Below, one piece after another: positions 1 to 13,013 of a stretch of DNA of 64,000 bases; position 1 is the first letter of the stretch; each line of letters begins with the position of its first letter. Under the pieces are notes generated by a model that was given only the letters and a program-made list of their open reading frames with translations, made no database searches and was not told the DNA's origin. Both the position numbers and the translations under genes were made by a program. The stretch is from Amphiscolops sp. MND2022 (Eukaryota): the NCBI GenBank assembly GCA_964187785.1, contig OZ076413.1, positions 62,992,001 through 63,056,000 of the forward strand, in the 5' to 3' direction.

Positions 1-283
1 AATTTGTTGATATTTTGCAGCAAACCGAAATTTCAAAAAGCCCAAAGGGTCCCCCTTTCTAGTTTTCGGCACTGTGAGACTGTTTCAAAATTCCTATTTT
101 TCGATTTTTCGAAAAAATTTTTCAAAGTCTCCAAAGAGTAATGTCTCCCCCTTCAATTTTTTTGATATTTTGCAAGAGACTGGATTTTCAAAAAGCCGAA
201 AGGGTCCCCCCGTTTACAAGTTTAAAAATTTCGCGCATTTTTGAGCCTTAGATATAGCGCCGACTTTAGACGTTCCCCTCTTG
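1..283 (+). repeat. 3' end of an interspersed repeat (putative non-autonomous Helitron-like element)
   Basis: Repeated AAAGGGTCCCCC motifs. Ends GCGCCGACTTTAGACGTTCCCCTCTTG|TT. The same terminus recurs reverse-complemented at 28200, 29571 (CTAG) and 63221. A GC-rich terminus ending CTWG|T is Helitron-like (inference). Confidence 0.45.
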
Positions 284-285
284 TT

Positions 286-1471
286 TAAAATCTTTCCTGG
301 GCATTTCTAGCTTCGGGGTTCCTGTGTAGCCCACTGGACCAAAGGTTCACCATGGTGGTTATTTCCCTTTCTTGCTTGCTCAGCGAATTTTGAGTAGTAG
401 AACGTGCTTTCTCAGTATCAACCTCCAGCATCTGGAAATTTTAGCCATATCTAATCTCATCAAGCTTTCTATTAACTTGATTAGTAATCTCATCAATAAT
501 CATTCCAGTTGTTTCAATGGTCATTTCGATGTTTTTTCTACTATTTTTATTAGGCAGTGACCTGAAATCCTCACTTAGTAGATTAGTATTTCGGTCTAGC
601 TTATTAGATCCTAAGTTCAAATCTACATCACTTTCTTCCTGCTCATCACTCACTTCATTTCTTGAGTAATTCCCCATTATCATATCTACGTTTTCTAAAT
701 CGGACACTGCGTCCGATTGTCTAGAACTTTTCTTTTTGGTCTTTTGCGTACTCGTTGAAGACATTGAAGAAAGAGCTATTTGGATCTAATAACTCAATGC
801 AACTGGGGGTGGAAAATTAACAGTGTGTACAACAGTGACCTTTGAAGTTTGTAGTGAAGTTATCAATATCAGTCTCAAGAGATTTTTTGGGTCGGTTTGT
901 TTCCGCTATATATAGTTAGCGGAGCATGACTAGCACAATTGTGCTTGTCATCGTTCAAAAAAAGCATCAGCGGTGACAAAATTGCCCCTGTGTTGCACGT
1001 ATGGCTCTGAAAAATACATGAAGGACTTATATTCACTATTTACATGTTTATATTATTGGCAGCAACACTACATTTCAGGTAATATGAAAGTAATCAGTAA
1101 GCAATGAAAATGCGCCATGTCTAACGCTGAGTCCGTGCAGCTAGAGAAAACAAATTCGAGCTGACCTCTGACTGGTTGATAGCACTGAAGACAGTGTGTA
1201 CCTTGGAACGCGTTTCCTTCTTTGCATTAAATTGCACGTTATTGATTCATCTAATTTTGTGTTTCACTTTGATATTTCTCGTTGAAACAGCCACAGTTCT
1301 AATTCAATATTTAACTAAACATAGATAGTATCACAGTTATAGTTTTGATGTGGCCTCTTGGACTAATGGTCTTTGTGGTTTATATAGGTAGAACTACTCT
1401 TGGGGGGTTGGTATTATCATTCTCAGGAGGAATTTGATAAAAGTTACCGTCACAAGCGGCAGCCTGCGACA
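286..1471 (-). mobile_element. Truncated Gypsy-type LTR (family A) carrying the gag N-terminus
   Basis: Minus strand begins TGTCGCAGGCTGCCGCTTGTGACGG at 1471, nearly identical to the start of the solo LTR at 1779. Contains a gag-like ORF. Duplicated at 7608-8700. Confidence 0.65.
441..764 (-). pseudogene. gag: Gag N-terminal fragment (MSSTSTQKTKKKSSRQSDAVSDLENVDM...)
   Basis: Clearly homologous to the LTR-encoded ORF at 2682 (SRQSD-x-SD-x-EN-x-D-x-M-x-G-x-Y). Confidence 0.6.
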
Positions 1472-1778
1472 AGAAGCATGTTTCACAAAAGGTGCACGAA
1501 AAAGGTTTTGTAGTAACTATAAATTATCCTGAGAAGGTTTTTCCCCACCAAAATGTAACATGGATAACATTTGCAAAGTTTCTCGAAACAAGTTGCTGAC
1601 CGCGCATTGTCATGACGCTCCGCTTCGCATCACTCCTGTGCTTATTGCCCAACAGGTTTCAACATTTGCTAAGACGTTGAAGACACCATTTTTATGAAGT
1701 CAAATGAACTCATATAGATAGTTTTTAAATTAAGTCAGTTTTCCAAATCACTGATATGACCTTACACTTTTGACCCAG

Positions 1779-3327
1779 TGTCGCAAGCTGCCGCTTGTGA
1801 CGGCGTCCTATACCAAATGATGCCAGAAGGTAATGAGACACTACCAGCACCCGGGGTACTACCTATCTAAACAAACTCTGAAACAAACTTTAGCATTTAT
1901 TCTGATAGTTTAATATTAGTTTCATACATGTAACGACCGAAGTATTAGCGCTAATCAAGTAATTTCTATGCTACTATTTAGACCTAAGGTCAAACTGACA
2001 GCATTCAATCAGTACATTTATTCAATTGCTATTATTGATTTGTTACTATTTAGAATTTCCCATTGATGAAATTACTTACAATTAGTCTGTACCTAAAGTA
2101 CATCACTTAGTTAACGATGCAACACTCAGCAAATTAACTCAACTGCTGTTAAACGATGTTTAAAGAGTACTTTAAGACACTTTTCTGAGCAGTTAATTAA
2201 CTAGTACTCTACTGCAGTCAAATTGACGTGTGGTCGCAAGTACTTGTTGACCAATCAGAGTGAAGCACCAGTCTATCATTGGAGTCATGCTGACGCATGG
2301 TCAAATTTGGAATTTCATTGAGTATTGATGTTACCAATGCATGAAAGGTTGTTTTTAACCTGAGTTTGAATACATGTAAAGATACCCATTGTTTGTTTGA
2401 TGCTATTTATATCTCTTCATTTGTGTGACGTAATGTCAAAACCTCCAGTCTATTTTTAGAACTAGTGACCTAATAATGAAACCGGGGCTATAATTAGAAT
2501 GATATCACCCTAAATTTAGTTCCTGACACGCAAAATATTGCGTGTCATGCAGTATAAACTATATATACGCGGAACTTGTAATAAAAGGATTCATTCATTG
2601 ATTGAGAACGCTACGATACAAAACTGTTCAATTTGTTACTGTTGATTAATTCACTGTAGAAACCAAATCCATTTCTTGAAAATGCCTTCAACTAGAAAGC
2701 AGAAAGCAAGAGAGAAACGTTCTAGACAGTCTGACGTAATGTCTGATATAGAAAATCTAGATGTAATGTTAGGAAGTTATCAGAGAGAGAATAATGAATT
2801 CCGAGGTGAGAATAATGAAAATACATTAGACCAAAGGTCTGATGAACGGGAAGGCCAGGATCGAAATGTGGAAGACTATCAAACCTTCCTGAATAACAAT
2901 CCAAGTGAAAATAGTTGTTTGACCATTGAAACTAGTAGAGTTATTAGTTCTGAAATTTCATCACAGATGTCAAGGAAGTTTCAGGAAATGCAAACTAGTC
3001 TAAATTTTCAGATATTGGATGTTATAAACACTGCGATTGACACTAGGGTGCTTCCCAGCATCAAAAATGCTGTTAGGAGACAGAATTCAGCGAAAAACAC
3101 AAGTTTAGACCTTCGGTCAGATGGACTGCATGAAGATACTGCCGCCCCAGGAAATTCTCAGAAGGACCTTCGGTCAAATGGACTGCATCCGGAAAATACC
3201 AGTAAATTGTACCAGGATGCTCAGAATGAGTTTCCGAGGTTAATTTCAATCAAAAATAACCAAACAAATCATCGCAGAGAGAATTCAGGTGATTCTCAAG
3301 TTAGTGACGATGAATATGGTTATGACA
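1779..3327 (+). mobile_element. Solo LTR (1549 bp) of a Gypsy-type element
   Basis: TGTC...GACA termini. 5-bp TSD CCCAG at 1774-1778 and 3328-3332. Empty site (single CCCAG) in the duplicate copy at 9005-9009. Confidence 0.9.
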
Positions 3328-3347
3328 CCCAGCGTTTGACATCTTGA
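2682..3347 (+). pseudogene. gag: Gag N-terminus encoded inside the solo LTR, reading out into flanking DNA
   Basis: ATG at 2682 (MPSTRKQKAREKRSRQSD...). The ORF crosses the LTR end at ...YGYD (3327) and stops in the flank. Confidence 0.7.
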
Positions 3348-3827
3348 GTATCTTGAGTTCTTGAATATCTTGGGAAGATCATAGGTTTTATCTTGACATC
3401 TGGAATTTCTTGTTAAGATCTTGGATTTCATCTTGGATATTTTGACAAGATCTTGGATCTTGGAAATCTTAGTAAAATCTTGGATCTTGAATATCTTGGC
3501 GAGATAATAGATTTGTCTTGACATATTGAATATCTTGAGTCCTGTCACGTGTGTTATATATATCCACATCAGCAGAGAGACTCCACCTCAGAGTAAGCAC
3601 ATTGTTCAGTTTCTGGAAGCGTTGCTTTCAGAAGAACTACATGTTCGACAAATATAAACTTGGAATCTATCTTGGTTTTCTTGGATTTCTTGGTAAGATC
3701 TTGGATTTCATCTTGGATTTCATCTTGGATATCTTGACAAGATCTTGGATTCTTTCTTGGATTTCTTCGAAGATCTTGCCAGAACTTGGAAGGTCTTGGC
3801 AAGATATTCAAGATGTCGAAGGCTGGC
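3328..3827. mobile_element. MITE / non-autonomous TIR element (CACTA/CMC-like)
   Basis: ~27-bp TIRs (CCCAGCGTTTGACATCTTGAGTATCTTG / CAAGATATTCAAGATGTCGAAGGCTGGC), many subterminal CAAGATCTTG-type repeats, 2-bp GA flanks. Second copy at 9005-9500. Confidence 0.7.
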
Positions 3828-5050
3828 GAGAGAAAAGGAAACATTTCTTCTGGTAGTCAGTCAATGTAGGTAATCAGGACGGCATAACGGAATGTTATAT
3901 TGGACAGTTAATGCCAAGTGACAACTCATATCAAATTGTAAAAAAACGGCAACTCATGTCAAGCATGACATTCACATCAATTGTGGAAAAGCGACAACTC
4001 GTATTAACATTTATTGAAACACAAACAATATCTTGTTTTTTTATCAACCAGAAGAAAAAAGAATTTTCACATCTGTCCCAATTTGTTCTCTTGGACGGAT
4101 CCCATACTATGTTGGAAGGCCTAATGCCAACATTCCACGGAGTTGTTTGTCCTGTGGGATCTAGTCAAGTTTTTTGCATATTGCTTTTATGCAGCTGGGC
4201 CAAACAGAAACTTGAAGAGTCGCCCCGTTGCTTCGGTAGTTCGAATTGGTCTGTGAAAAGTTTAAATTCGAAAGGTTTCGGGAAGGTTTCAACGAAAAAA
4301 CGAGGGGCAATGCCTTACAAATGACAAATGCCACACACTCGATTTCAGCGAAAGAAACATGGAATACAAGGTCGGCAAAATTAAATTTGAGGACCCAGAA
4401 GACCTGGTAACATTATAAACAATGACCTCAACAGGTGTACGCATGCTGGCACGATGATGAAAAACTCTGCAATAGTTCTCTGTCAGGCAGTGCCGTGCCT
4501 ACAATGTTTGAACTCATATCAAACTGGGCCTATTCAAGTCGCTAGAACTTCCAATTTTCATATACGTTCTTTTTTGCGGCAAATCATTGGACGGTACCAG
4601 GAATGCTGAGGAAAGGTGTGAAGAGGGTAATTGGGACCAAACACTAGTTATGCGAACAAATTGATGTCATGGTAAATTTTACCGCTACCGATGATAGATC
4701 TCTTTTTGCTTCAATAACTAAAGGAAAACAGCTTACACTCTGAGTATACATACCAAAATGACTTGTAGCGCAAGCAGACGCAAGAACTATCAAATAAAGG
4801 AATCCCGATCTGGGAGACATCGTAGTGAATACTTCTTCAGAAACTACCAAACTGTGAACAAAGTTAATAAATGTTTTGAAATTGGCAACGGACTTCGTGC
4901 CAAGGACAGCCTCTTTCGCGAAACATGAATGGAGTTTGATAAGCACAGCTCGAGATAATAGTCAAAAAAATTACCATTGATTTCCAACTACTTAAGCCCA
5001 CAAAACGTGAAGCTGGTGCGTTTGTTGTGACTGCGGAAAAGCAATATCAG

Positions 5051-7607
5051 TGTCGCCGGCTTACCCGTGCGAGATGTCCGGAGTGCAACATCGGTGAAGC
5101 AGTCAACGCTGCTTACCCATCATGATGGCTGTCTACCCGAATATGGACAAGGACTTGATAAACATTTCAAACTTTAAACTTAAACAATGCTTGTTATTGT
5201 TCGTTTGATAAGATGTTGCTTTTAGTTGTACATTTCAGATAAAATGATGATTGTTGAGTGTCGTTATTGTTGTTATTGTTTTCACCCATAACGTGCGTTG
5301 ATCAATTGAAAAACGACTGGAAAGGTAACGCCAAAGTTATCAAAACAGTGCTAAATCTTTGTTTTGTCGCCTTAAATCATAAGAAGGAGTTAAATTCAAT
5401 GATCCTATATATCTTTGCCACATTAAATCATTTGTAGTTCAATCATGAGGAAAACAATCAAAAACAGTATGATGATTCCTTTAAAAATCAGCATAATACT
5501 TTCGTACGTTTATTTGATACTGATTATGCGGCATTATGCAGTTTTCATAAAACAGCATATGCGGTTTTGTTAAAGAAACAGCATAATGATCATGTACGCA
5601 GTATAGTTGATACTTTGTATTGCATTATGCGGAAATTCAGTAGAAACAGCATGATGACTTGAGTTAAAAACAGCATATGCGGAAATTCAGTAGAAACAGC
5701 ATGATGACTTGAGCTAAAAACAGCATATGCGGGAATCCAGCAGAAACAGCATGATGGTTCAGATTGGAAACAGCATATGCGGAAACCTTGTGGAAACAGT
5801 CAGACGTTTCAATATAGGAACAGCATATGCGGAAATTTGACAGAAACAGTATGACGTTTCAACTTAAAAACAGTATAAAGATTCTTATTTCAGCTGATAG
5901 AATTATACTGAATTATGAGGTTTTCATGAGACAGCATATACTACATTATGATGTACAACAGCATAATTTGCAGGATTTTCAGTGCTACGATGTTGTAAGT
6001 CACAGTGCTATATTTAGACCTTCCAGGAGTCTGACGCAATATTATATTTTTAACATTTGACCCCAGAAACATGACGTTATGATGATTTGCATAAAATTGA
6101 AAGTCATGTAACTAAAAATACCATCCAATGGAATCAGTTGAAGGGGGATCATCAAAACGCCACTTTTCTAACGATCATTCGAGAAATATTGCACATTCAG
6201 AGCAGTCACTCATTTTCACAAACAACTCACAATCCACAAACTTTGCAGTTTCCTTCCCCTGTAAAAAAACTTCCACAGTTTCATTTTGCCAAATATCTTT
6301 GTAATTCAAAGATTTTCGCACCTAAAATTGTTTTCATCATGGGAAACAAGAGAAATAGACGATCAAGGAGAGTAGAGTCCCAATCATCAGACAGAGGCGA
6401 AAATACTTCAGAAACAAGCTTCACTCAAGGTAATGCGACTTTAGTTGGTGTTTCTGAAAATGTTAATAATGTTCTTGACAGGAACTTAGGCAGCGAACTA
6501 ACGGAACCTTCTCAGATAAACAAGGAGATAGAAGTTATTTCGCAAAGACTAACAGAACAGAATAACGACAAGATGTCACAGATTGAAGAACAACTAAATA
6601 ACAAATTCGAAGAGATACTTAAGGAGATTAGAACAAACAAAAATCACATTGTATTGACTGATGAAGAGGATGTCGAGAATAATCAGCCCGGTCCTCCTAA
6701 CTATAGAAATAAGGGTCTCAGGAACAAACACGCATCAAGTACAACATCAGATAAAAATAAGAATCAGGATGACGGTTCTATCCGTCTGAAATGAGTGAAT
6801 TAAGACAACCGTACACTCCACTTGAGATTGCTGAAGACATTTTAGATGAAACCATTATCATAACTGAAAACAGACAGGAAAAGGCCGATCATCACATGAT
6901 GACAGGACCTACCAAGAACATCCTGAGACAAAGTTCGACTAACTCCAACACCACAAATACACAAGGACCACACGCACAAACTCCTCTCGAGCATCCTGAA
7001 CCAACAGATCCCGTCAGTCAAATTGCCATAGCAATCGAAAATCTCGCACGAAGAAATACCAAACCATCCCTTTTTCACCCAAAGAACACACTTACTTTCA
7101 ACGGGAAATTAGAGAAAAATGAAAAACTCGAGTATTTTGAAGATCTTTTCCACACAACACTCAAAATGCAACCACACCTCACGGAAGACATGAAATTCAA
7201 CCATTTTCATGCCCATCTAAGAGGACTAGCATTGAAAACTTTTAAAAACATCCAAAGAACTCCGACAACAACACTTGAAGATATACTAGTAGTCTTCAGA
7301 AGGAAATATGTTAAGCCTGAATCCAGCGCCTCTGCAAAACACAGATTAAAACGGCTCATGTTCCAACCAGAAAATAAAAAACTACCCGACTTTTTTGAAG
7401 ACCTCCGAGAAAGCGCTGAAAAAGCATTCGGCGAAGCAGCACCACAGATGATTGAGAGCCTGATATATGCAAAAATGCCCCCTCATCTCAAAAATCAATC
7501 AACCAGGCTTACCTCGAAAACGGTACCTATGAACAAATAGTGAAACATCTAGAAAGAGAGATGGAGCTCAATGGACTCGAAGCAGATGAGCCCCTAGTAG
7601 CCCACTT
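5051..7607 (+). mobile_element. Truncated duplicate of the 5' end of the 17-kb Gypsy element (5' LTR 5051-6896 plus part of gag)
   Basis: Near-identical to 10059-12610, including the same left flank AAAAGCAATATCAG. Breaks at ...GAGCCCCTAG. Confidence 0.9.
6339..7607 (+). pseudogene. gag: Gag, frameshifted and 3'-truncated copy
   Basis: MGNKRNRRSRR start at 6339, frameshift near 6790, matches 11347-12610. Confidence 0.8.
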
Positions 7608-8700
7608 GAACAAAGGTTCACCATAGTGGTTTTCTCCCTTTCTTGCTTGCTCAGCGAATTTTGAATAGTAGAACGTACTTTCTCAGTATCTACCGCCAGT
7701 ATCTGGAAATTTTAGCCAGATCAAATCTCATCAAGCTTTCTATTAACATGATAAATAATCTCATCAATAATCATTATAGTTGTTTCAATTGTCATATCGA
7801 TGTTTTTCCTACTATTTTTATAAGGCAGTGACCTGAAATCTTCACTTACTAGATTAGTATTTCGATCTAGCCTATCAGACCCTAAGTTCAAATCTACATC
7901 ACATTCTTCCTGCTCATCACTCACTTCATTTCTTGAGTAACTCCCCAGTATTGTATCTACGTTTTCTAAATCGGACACTGCGTCCGATTGTCTAGAACTT
8001 TTCGTTTTGGCTCGTTGAAGACATTGAAGAAAGAGCTATTTGGATCTAATAACTCAATGCAACTGGGGTGGAAAAATAACAGTGTGTACAACAATGACGT
8101 TTGAAGTTTGTAGTGAAGTTATCATTATTAGTCTCAGGAGATTTTTTGGGTCGGTTTGTTTCCGCTATATATAGTTAGCGGAGCATGACGAGCACAATTG
8201 TGCTTGTCATTGTTCAAAAAATAGCATCCAGGCTTTTAAAATAGCCCCTGGAGTGAATGTATGGCTCTGACAATTACATGAAGGACTTATATTTACTATT
8301 TACTAGTTTATATTACGATACATATCCCCGCAAGCAAGTTCCCATATCTTGCGACTTGCATTAATAACCAATCACAGTGAGTTATTAATATAAATACAGT
8401 TTTACACTTTTCTCCTATTACACCAAGTGATAATTAGTTACACTGAATGACTGAAATTCACTAATTGACTGGTTTACACTATTTTCCGGTCCATAAATTT
8501 ACACTAATTGACTGAATTACGCACTTGTGCAGTACTACGCACAGTACTACGCGGCAGCAACAGTACATTTCAGTTAATATGGAGGTAAACAGTAAGCAAT
8601 GAAATTGCGCCAAGACGGACGCTGAGGTGGGTAGAATTGGTATTATCATTCTCAGGAAGAATTTGATAAAAGTTACCGTCACAAGCGGCAGCCTGCGACA
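7608..8700 (-). mobile_element. Second copy of the family A truncated LTR with gag N-terminus (7721-7978)
   Basis: Roughly 90% similar by eye to 327-1471, with indels. Same TGTCGCAGG start at 8700. Confidence 0.7.
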
Positions 8701-9004
8701 AGAAGCAATGTTCAAAAAAAGTGCATGAAAAAGCTTTTGTAGTAACTATAAAATATCCTGCAAAGGTTGTTCCCCACCAAAATGTAACATGGATAACATT
8801 TGCAATTTTCCTCGAAACAAGATGCTGACCGCGCATTGCCATGACGCTCCGCTTCGCATCATTCCTGTGCTTATTGCCCAAAAGGTTTTAACATTTGCTA
8901 AAACGTTAAAGACACACCATTTTTATGATGTCAATTGAACTCATATAGATAGTTTTTAATTTAGGTCAGTTTTCCAATTCACTGATATGACCTTACACAT
9001 TTGA

Positions 9005-9500
9005 CCCAGCGTTTGACATCTTGAGTATCTTGAATTCTTGAATATCTTGGAAAGATTATTGGTTTCATCTTGACATCTTGAATTTCTTGTTAAGATCTTG
9101 GATTTCATCTTGGATATTTTGACAAGATCTTGGATCTTGGAAATCTTAGTAAGATCTCGGATCTTGAATATCTTGGCGAGATAATAGATTTTGTCTTGAC
9201 ATCTTGAATATCTTGAGTCCTGTCACGTGTGTTATATATATCCACATCAGCAGAGAGAGAGCCTCCACCTCAGAGTAAGCACATTGTTCAGTTTCTGGAA
9301 GCGTTGCTTTCAGAAGAACTACATGTTCGACAAATTTAAACTTGGAATCTATCTTGGATTTCTTGGTAAGATCGTGGATTTCATCTCGGATTTCATCTTG
9401 GATATCTTGACAAGATCTTGGATTCTTTCCTGGATTTCGTCGAAGATCTTGCCAGAACTTGGAAGGTCTTGGCAAGATATTCAAGATGTCGAAAGCTGGG
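9005..9500. mobile_element. MITE, second copy, uninterrupted
   Basis: GA|CCCAGC...GCTGGG|GA, with TIRs and subterminal repeats as at 3328-3827. Confidence 0.75.
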
Positions 9501-10058
9501 GAGGGAAAAGGAAACATTTCTTCTGGTAGTCAGTCAATGTAGGTAATCAGGACGGCATAACGGAATGTTATATACATCGTAAATCATTAGAGATTTAATG
9601 CCAAGTGACAACTCTTATCAAATTGTAAAAAAACGGCAACTCATGTCAAGCATGACATTCATATCAATTGTGGAAAAGCGACAACTCCTATTAACATTTA
9701 TCGAAACACAAACAATATCTTGTTTTTTTATCAACCAGAACAAAAAAGAATTTTCACATCTGTCCCAATTTGTTCTCTTGGACGGATCCCATACTATGTT
9801 GGAAGGCCTAATGCCAACATTCCACGGAGTTGTTTGTCCTGTGGGATCTAGTCAAGTTTTTTGCATATTGCTTTTATGCAGCTGGGCCAAACAGAAGCTT
9901 GATGCGTCGTCCCGTTCCTTCTGTAGTTCGAATTGGTCTCTGAAAAGTTTAAATTTGGAAGGTTTCGGAAAGGTTTCAACAAACAAACGAGGGGCAATGC
10001 CTTACAAATGACAAATGCCACACACTCGATTTCAGGGAAAGAAAAAAAGCAATATCAG

Positions 10059-11908
10059 TGTTGCCGGCTTACCCGTGCGAGATGTCCGGAGTGCAACATC
10101 GGTGAAGCAGTCAACGCTGCTTACCCATCATGATGGCTGTCTACCCGAACAAGGAAAAGGACTTGTTAAACATTTCAAACTTTAAACTTAAACAATGCTC
10201 GTTATTGTTCGTTTGATAAGATGTTGCTTTTAGTTGTACATTTCAGCTAAAATGATGATTGTTGAGTGTCGTTATTGTTGTTATTGTTTTCACCCATAAG
10301 GTGCGTTAATCAATTGAAAAACGACTGGAAAGGTAACGCCAAAGTTATCAAAACAGTGCTAAATCTTTGTTTTGTCGCCTTAAATCATAAGAAGGAGTTA
10401 AATTCAATGATCCTATATATCTTTGCCACATTAAATCATTTGTAGTTCAATCATGAGGAAAACAATCAAAAACAGTATGATGATTCATTTAAAAATCAGC
10501 ATAATACTTTCGTACGTTTATTTGATACTGATTATGCGGCATTATGCAGTATTCATAAAACAGCATATGCGGTTTTGTTAAAGAAACAGCATAATGATCA
10601 TGTACGCAGTATAGTTTATACTTTGTATTGCATTATGCAGAAATTCAGTAGAAACAGCATGATGACTTGAGTTATAAACAGCATATGCGGAAATTCAGTA
10701 GAAACAGCAAGATGACTAGAGCTAAAAACAGCATTTGCAGGAATCCAGCAGAAACAGCATGATGGTTCAGATTGGAAACAGCATATGCGGAAACCTTGTG
10801 GAAACAGTCAGACGTTTCAATATAGGAACAGCATATGCGGAAATTTGACAGAAACAGTATGACGTTTCAACTTAAAAACAGTATAAAGATTCTTATTTCA
10901 GCTGATAGAATTATACTGAATTATGAGGTTTTCATGAGACAGCATATACTACATTATGATGTAAAACAGCATAATTTGCAGGATTTTCAGTGCTACGACG
11001 TTGTAAGTCACAGTGCTATATTTAGACCTTCCAGGAGTCTGACGCAATATTATATTTTTAACATTTGACCCTAGAAACATGACGTTATGATGATTTGCAT
11101 AAAATTGAAAGTCATGTAACTAAAAATACCATCCAATGGAATCAGTTGAAGGGGGATCATCAAAAAACCACTTTTCTAAGGTTCATTCGAGAAATATTGC
11201 ACATTCAGAGCAGTCACTCATTTTCACAAACAACTCACAATCCACAAACTTTGCAGTTTCCTTCCCCTGTAAAAAAACTTCCACAGTTTCATTTTGCCAA
11301 ATATCTTTGTAATTCAAAGATTTTCGCACCTAAAATTGTTTTCATCATGGGAAACAAGAGAAATAGACGATCAAGGAGAGTAGAAGAGTCCCAATCATCA
11401 GACAGAGACGAAAATACTTCAGAAACAAGCTTCACTCAAGGTAATGCGACTTTAGTTGGTGTTTCTGAAAATGTTAATAATGTTCTTGACAGGAACTTAG
11501 GCAGCGAACTAACGGAACCTTCTCAGATAAGCAATGAGATAGAAGTTATTTCGCAAAGACTAACAGAACAGAATAACGACAAGACGTCACAGATTGAAGA
11601 ACAACTAAATAACAAATTCGAAGAGATACTTAAGGAGATTAGAACAAACAAAAATCACATTGTAATGACTGATGAAGAGGATGCCGAGAATAATCAGCCC
11701 GGTCCTCCTAACTATAGAAATAAGGGTCTCAGGAACAAACACGCATCAAGTACAACATCAGATAAAAATAAGAATCAGGATGACCGGTTCTATCCTTCTG
11801 AAATGAGTGAATTAAGACAACCGTACACTCCACTTGGGATTGCTGAAGACATTTTAGATGAAACCATTATCATAACTGAAAACAGACAGGAAAAGGCCGA
11901 TCATCACA
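10059..11908 (+). repeat. 5' LTR (1850 bp)
   Basis: Direct repeat of 25252-27155, preceded by the TSD ATCAG. Confidence 0.9.
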
Positions 11909-11926
11909 TGATGACAGGACCTACCA
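11909..11926 (+). promoter_or_regulatory. Probable primer-binding site (variant TGATGACAGGA...), inside the gag reading frame
   Basis: Directly follows the LTR-terminal CA in both copies. Resembles a TGGTG(A/T)CAGGA tRNA-Leu-type PBS but starts TGA. Confidence 0.45.
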
Positions 11927-13006
11927 AGAACATCCTGAGACAAAGTTTGACTAACTCCAACACCACAAATACACAAGGACCACACGCACAAACTCCTCTC
12001 GAGCATCCTGAACCAACAGATCCCGTCAGTCAAATTGCCATAGCAATCGAAAATCTCGCACGAAGAAATACCGAACCATCCCTTTTTCACCCGAAGAACA
12101 CACATACTTTCAACGGGAAATTAGAGAAAAATGAAAAACTAGAGTATTTTGAAGATCGTTTCCACACAACACGCAAAATGCAACCACACCTCACGGAAGA
12201 CATGAAAATCAACCATTTTCATGCCCATCTAAGAGGACTAGCATTGAAAACTTTTAAAAACATCCAAAGAACTCCGACAACAACACTTGAAGATATACTA
12301 GTAGTCTTCAGAAGGAAATATGTTAAGCCTGAATCCAGCGCCTCTGCAAAACACAGATTAAAACGGCTCATGTTCCAACCAGAAAATAAAAAACTACCCG
12401 ACTTTTTTGAAGACCTCCGAGAAAGCGCTGAAAAAGCATTCGGCGAAGCAGCACCACAGATGATTGAGAGCCTGATATATGCAAAAATGCCCCCTCATCT
12501 CAAAAATCAATCAACCAGGCTTACCTCGAAAACGGTACCTATGAACAAATAGTGAAACATCTAGAAAGAGAGATGGAGCTCAATGGACTCGAAGCAGATG
12601 AGCCCCTAGTGAAACCTCAAATGACTGCAGTCAAACAACATACCAACACACAAAACACTAAAACACCCCCACAAAACACAAAAACAAAAACAAAAACTCC
12701 AAACACAGTACCCAACAACACAATTCAAGTTAACCAATGCCGATATTGCAAGGATGAAGGCCACATAGCAAAAGAGTGCCCAAAACTTGCAAAACGACAG
12801 AAAATGGATCAAGACCCAGATGCACCAAGATGTGCCCATTGTAACACCCCTGGTCATGAAGAACCAAACTGTTACTTCGGAGCAAACATGGAAAATCGTC
12901 CACCTAAATGGACACTCACTGAAACCCAGAAAAAACTAATCAAAGAATATAAAAAATCAAACAAACCAATCAACCCTCGAAATCTCAAACCTTTAACATC
13001 GAAGGA

Positions 13007-13013
13007 TTTAAAC
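13007..13013 (+). promoter_or_regulatory. -1 programmed ribosomal frameshift heptamer T TTA AAC at the gag/pol junction
   Basis: Immediately precedes the gag stop (13014-13016). The -1 frame from 13010 stays open into the pol ORF at 13124 (checked codon by codon). Confidence 0.75.

Noticed and set aside
3285-3856. ORFs with QD/ILD repeats (also 9146-9529)
   Set aside because: Artefacts of MITE subterminal repeats.
3911-4946. ORFs 3911-4324, 4644-4946 and 9598-10011 as genes
   Set aside because: No recognisable motifs. Other frames look like decayed coding sequence, but I could not assign them.
5827-6060. 77-aa ORF repeated three times (also 10835 and 26085)
   Set aside because: Recurs only because it lies in the LTR motif array; no protein-like features.
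11095-11346. ORF-track N-terminal extension of gag (MHKIESH...; also at 6087 and 26345)
   Set aside because: Starts at TTG in LTR sequence. The first ATG with a Gag-like N-terminus is 11347.
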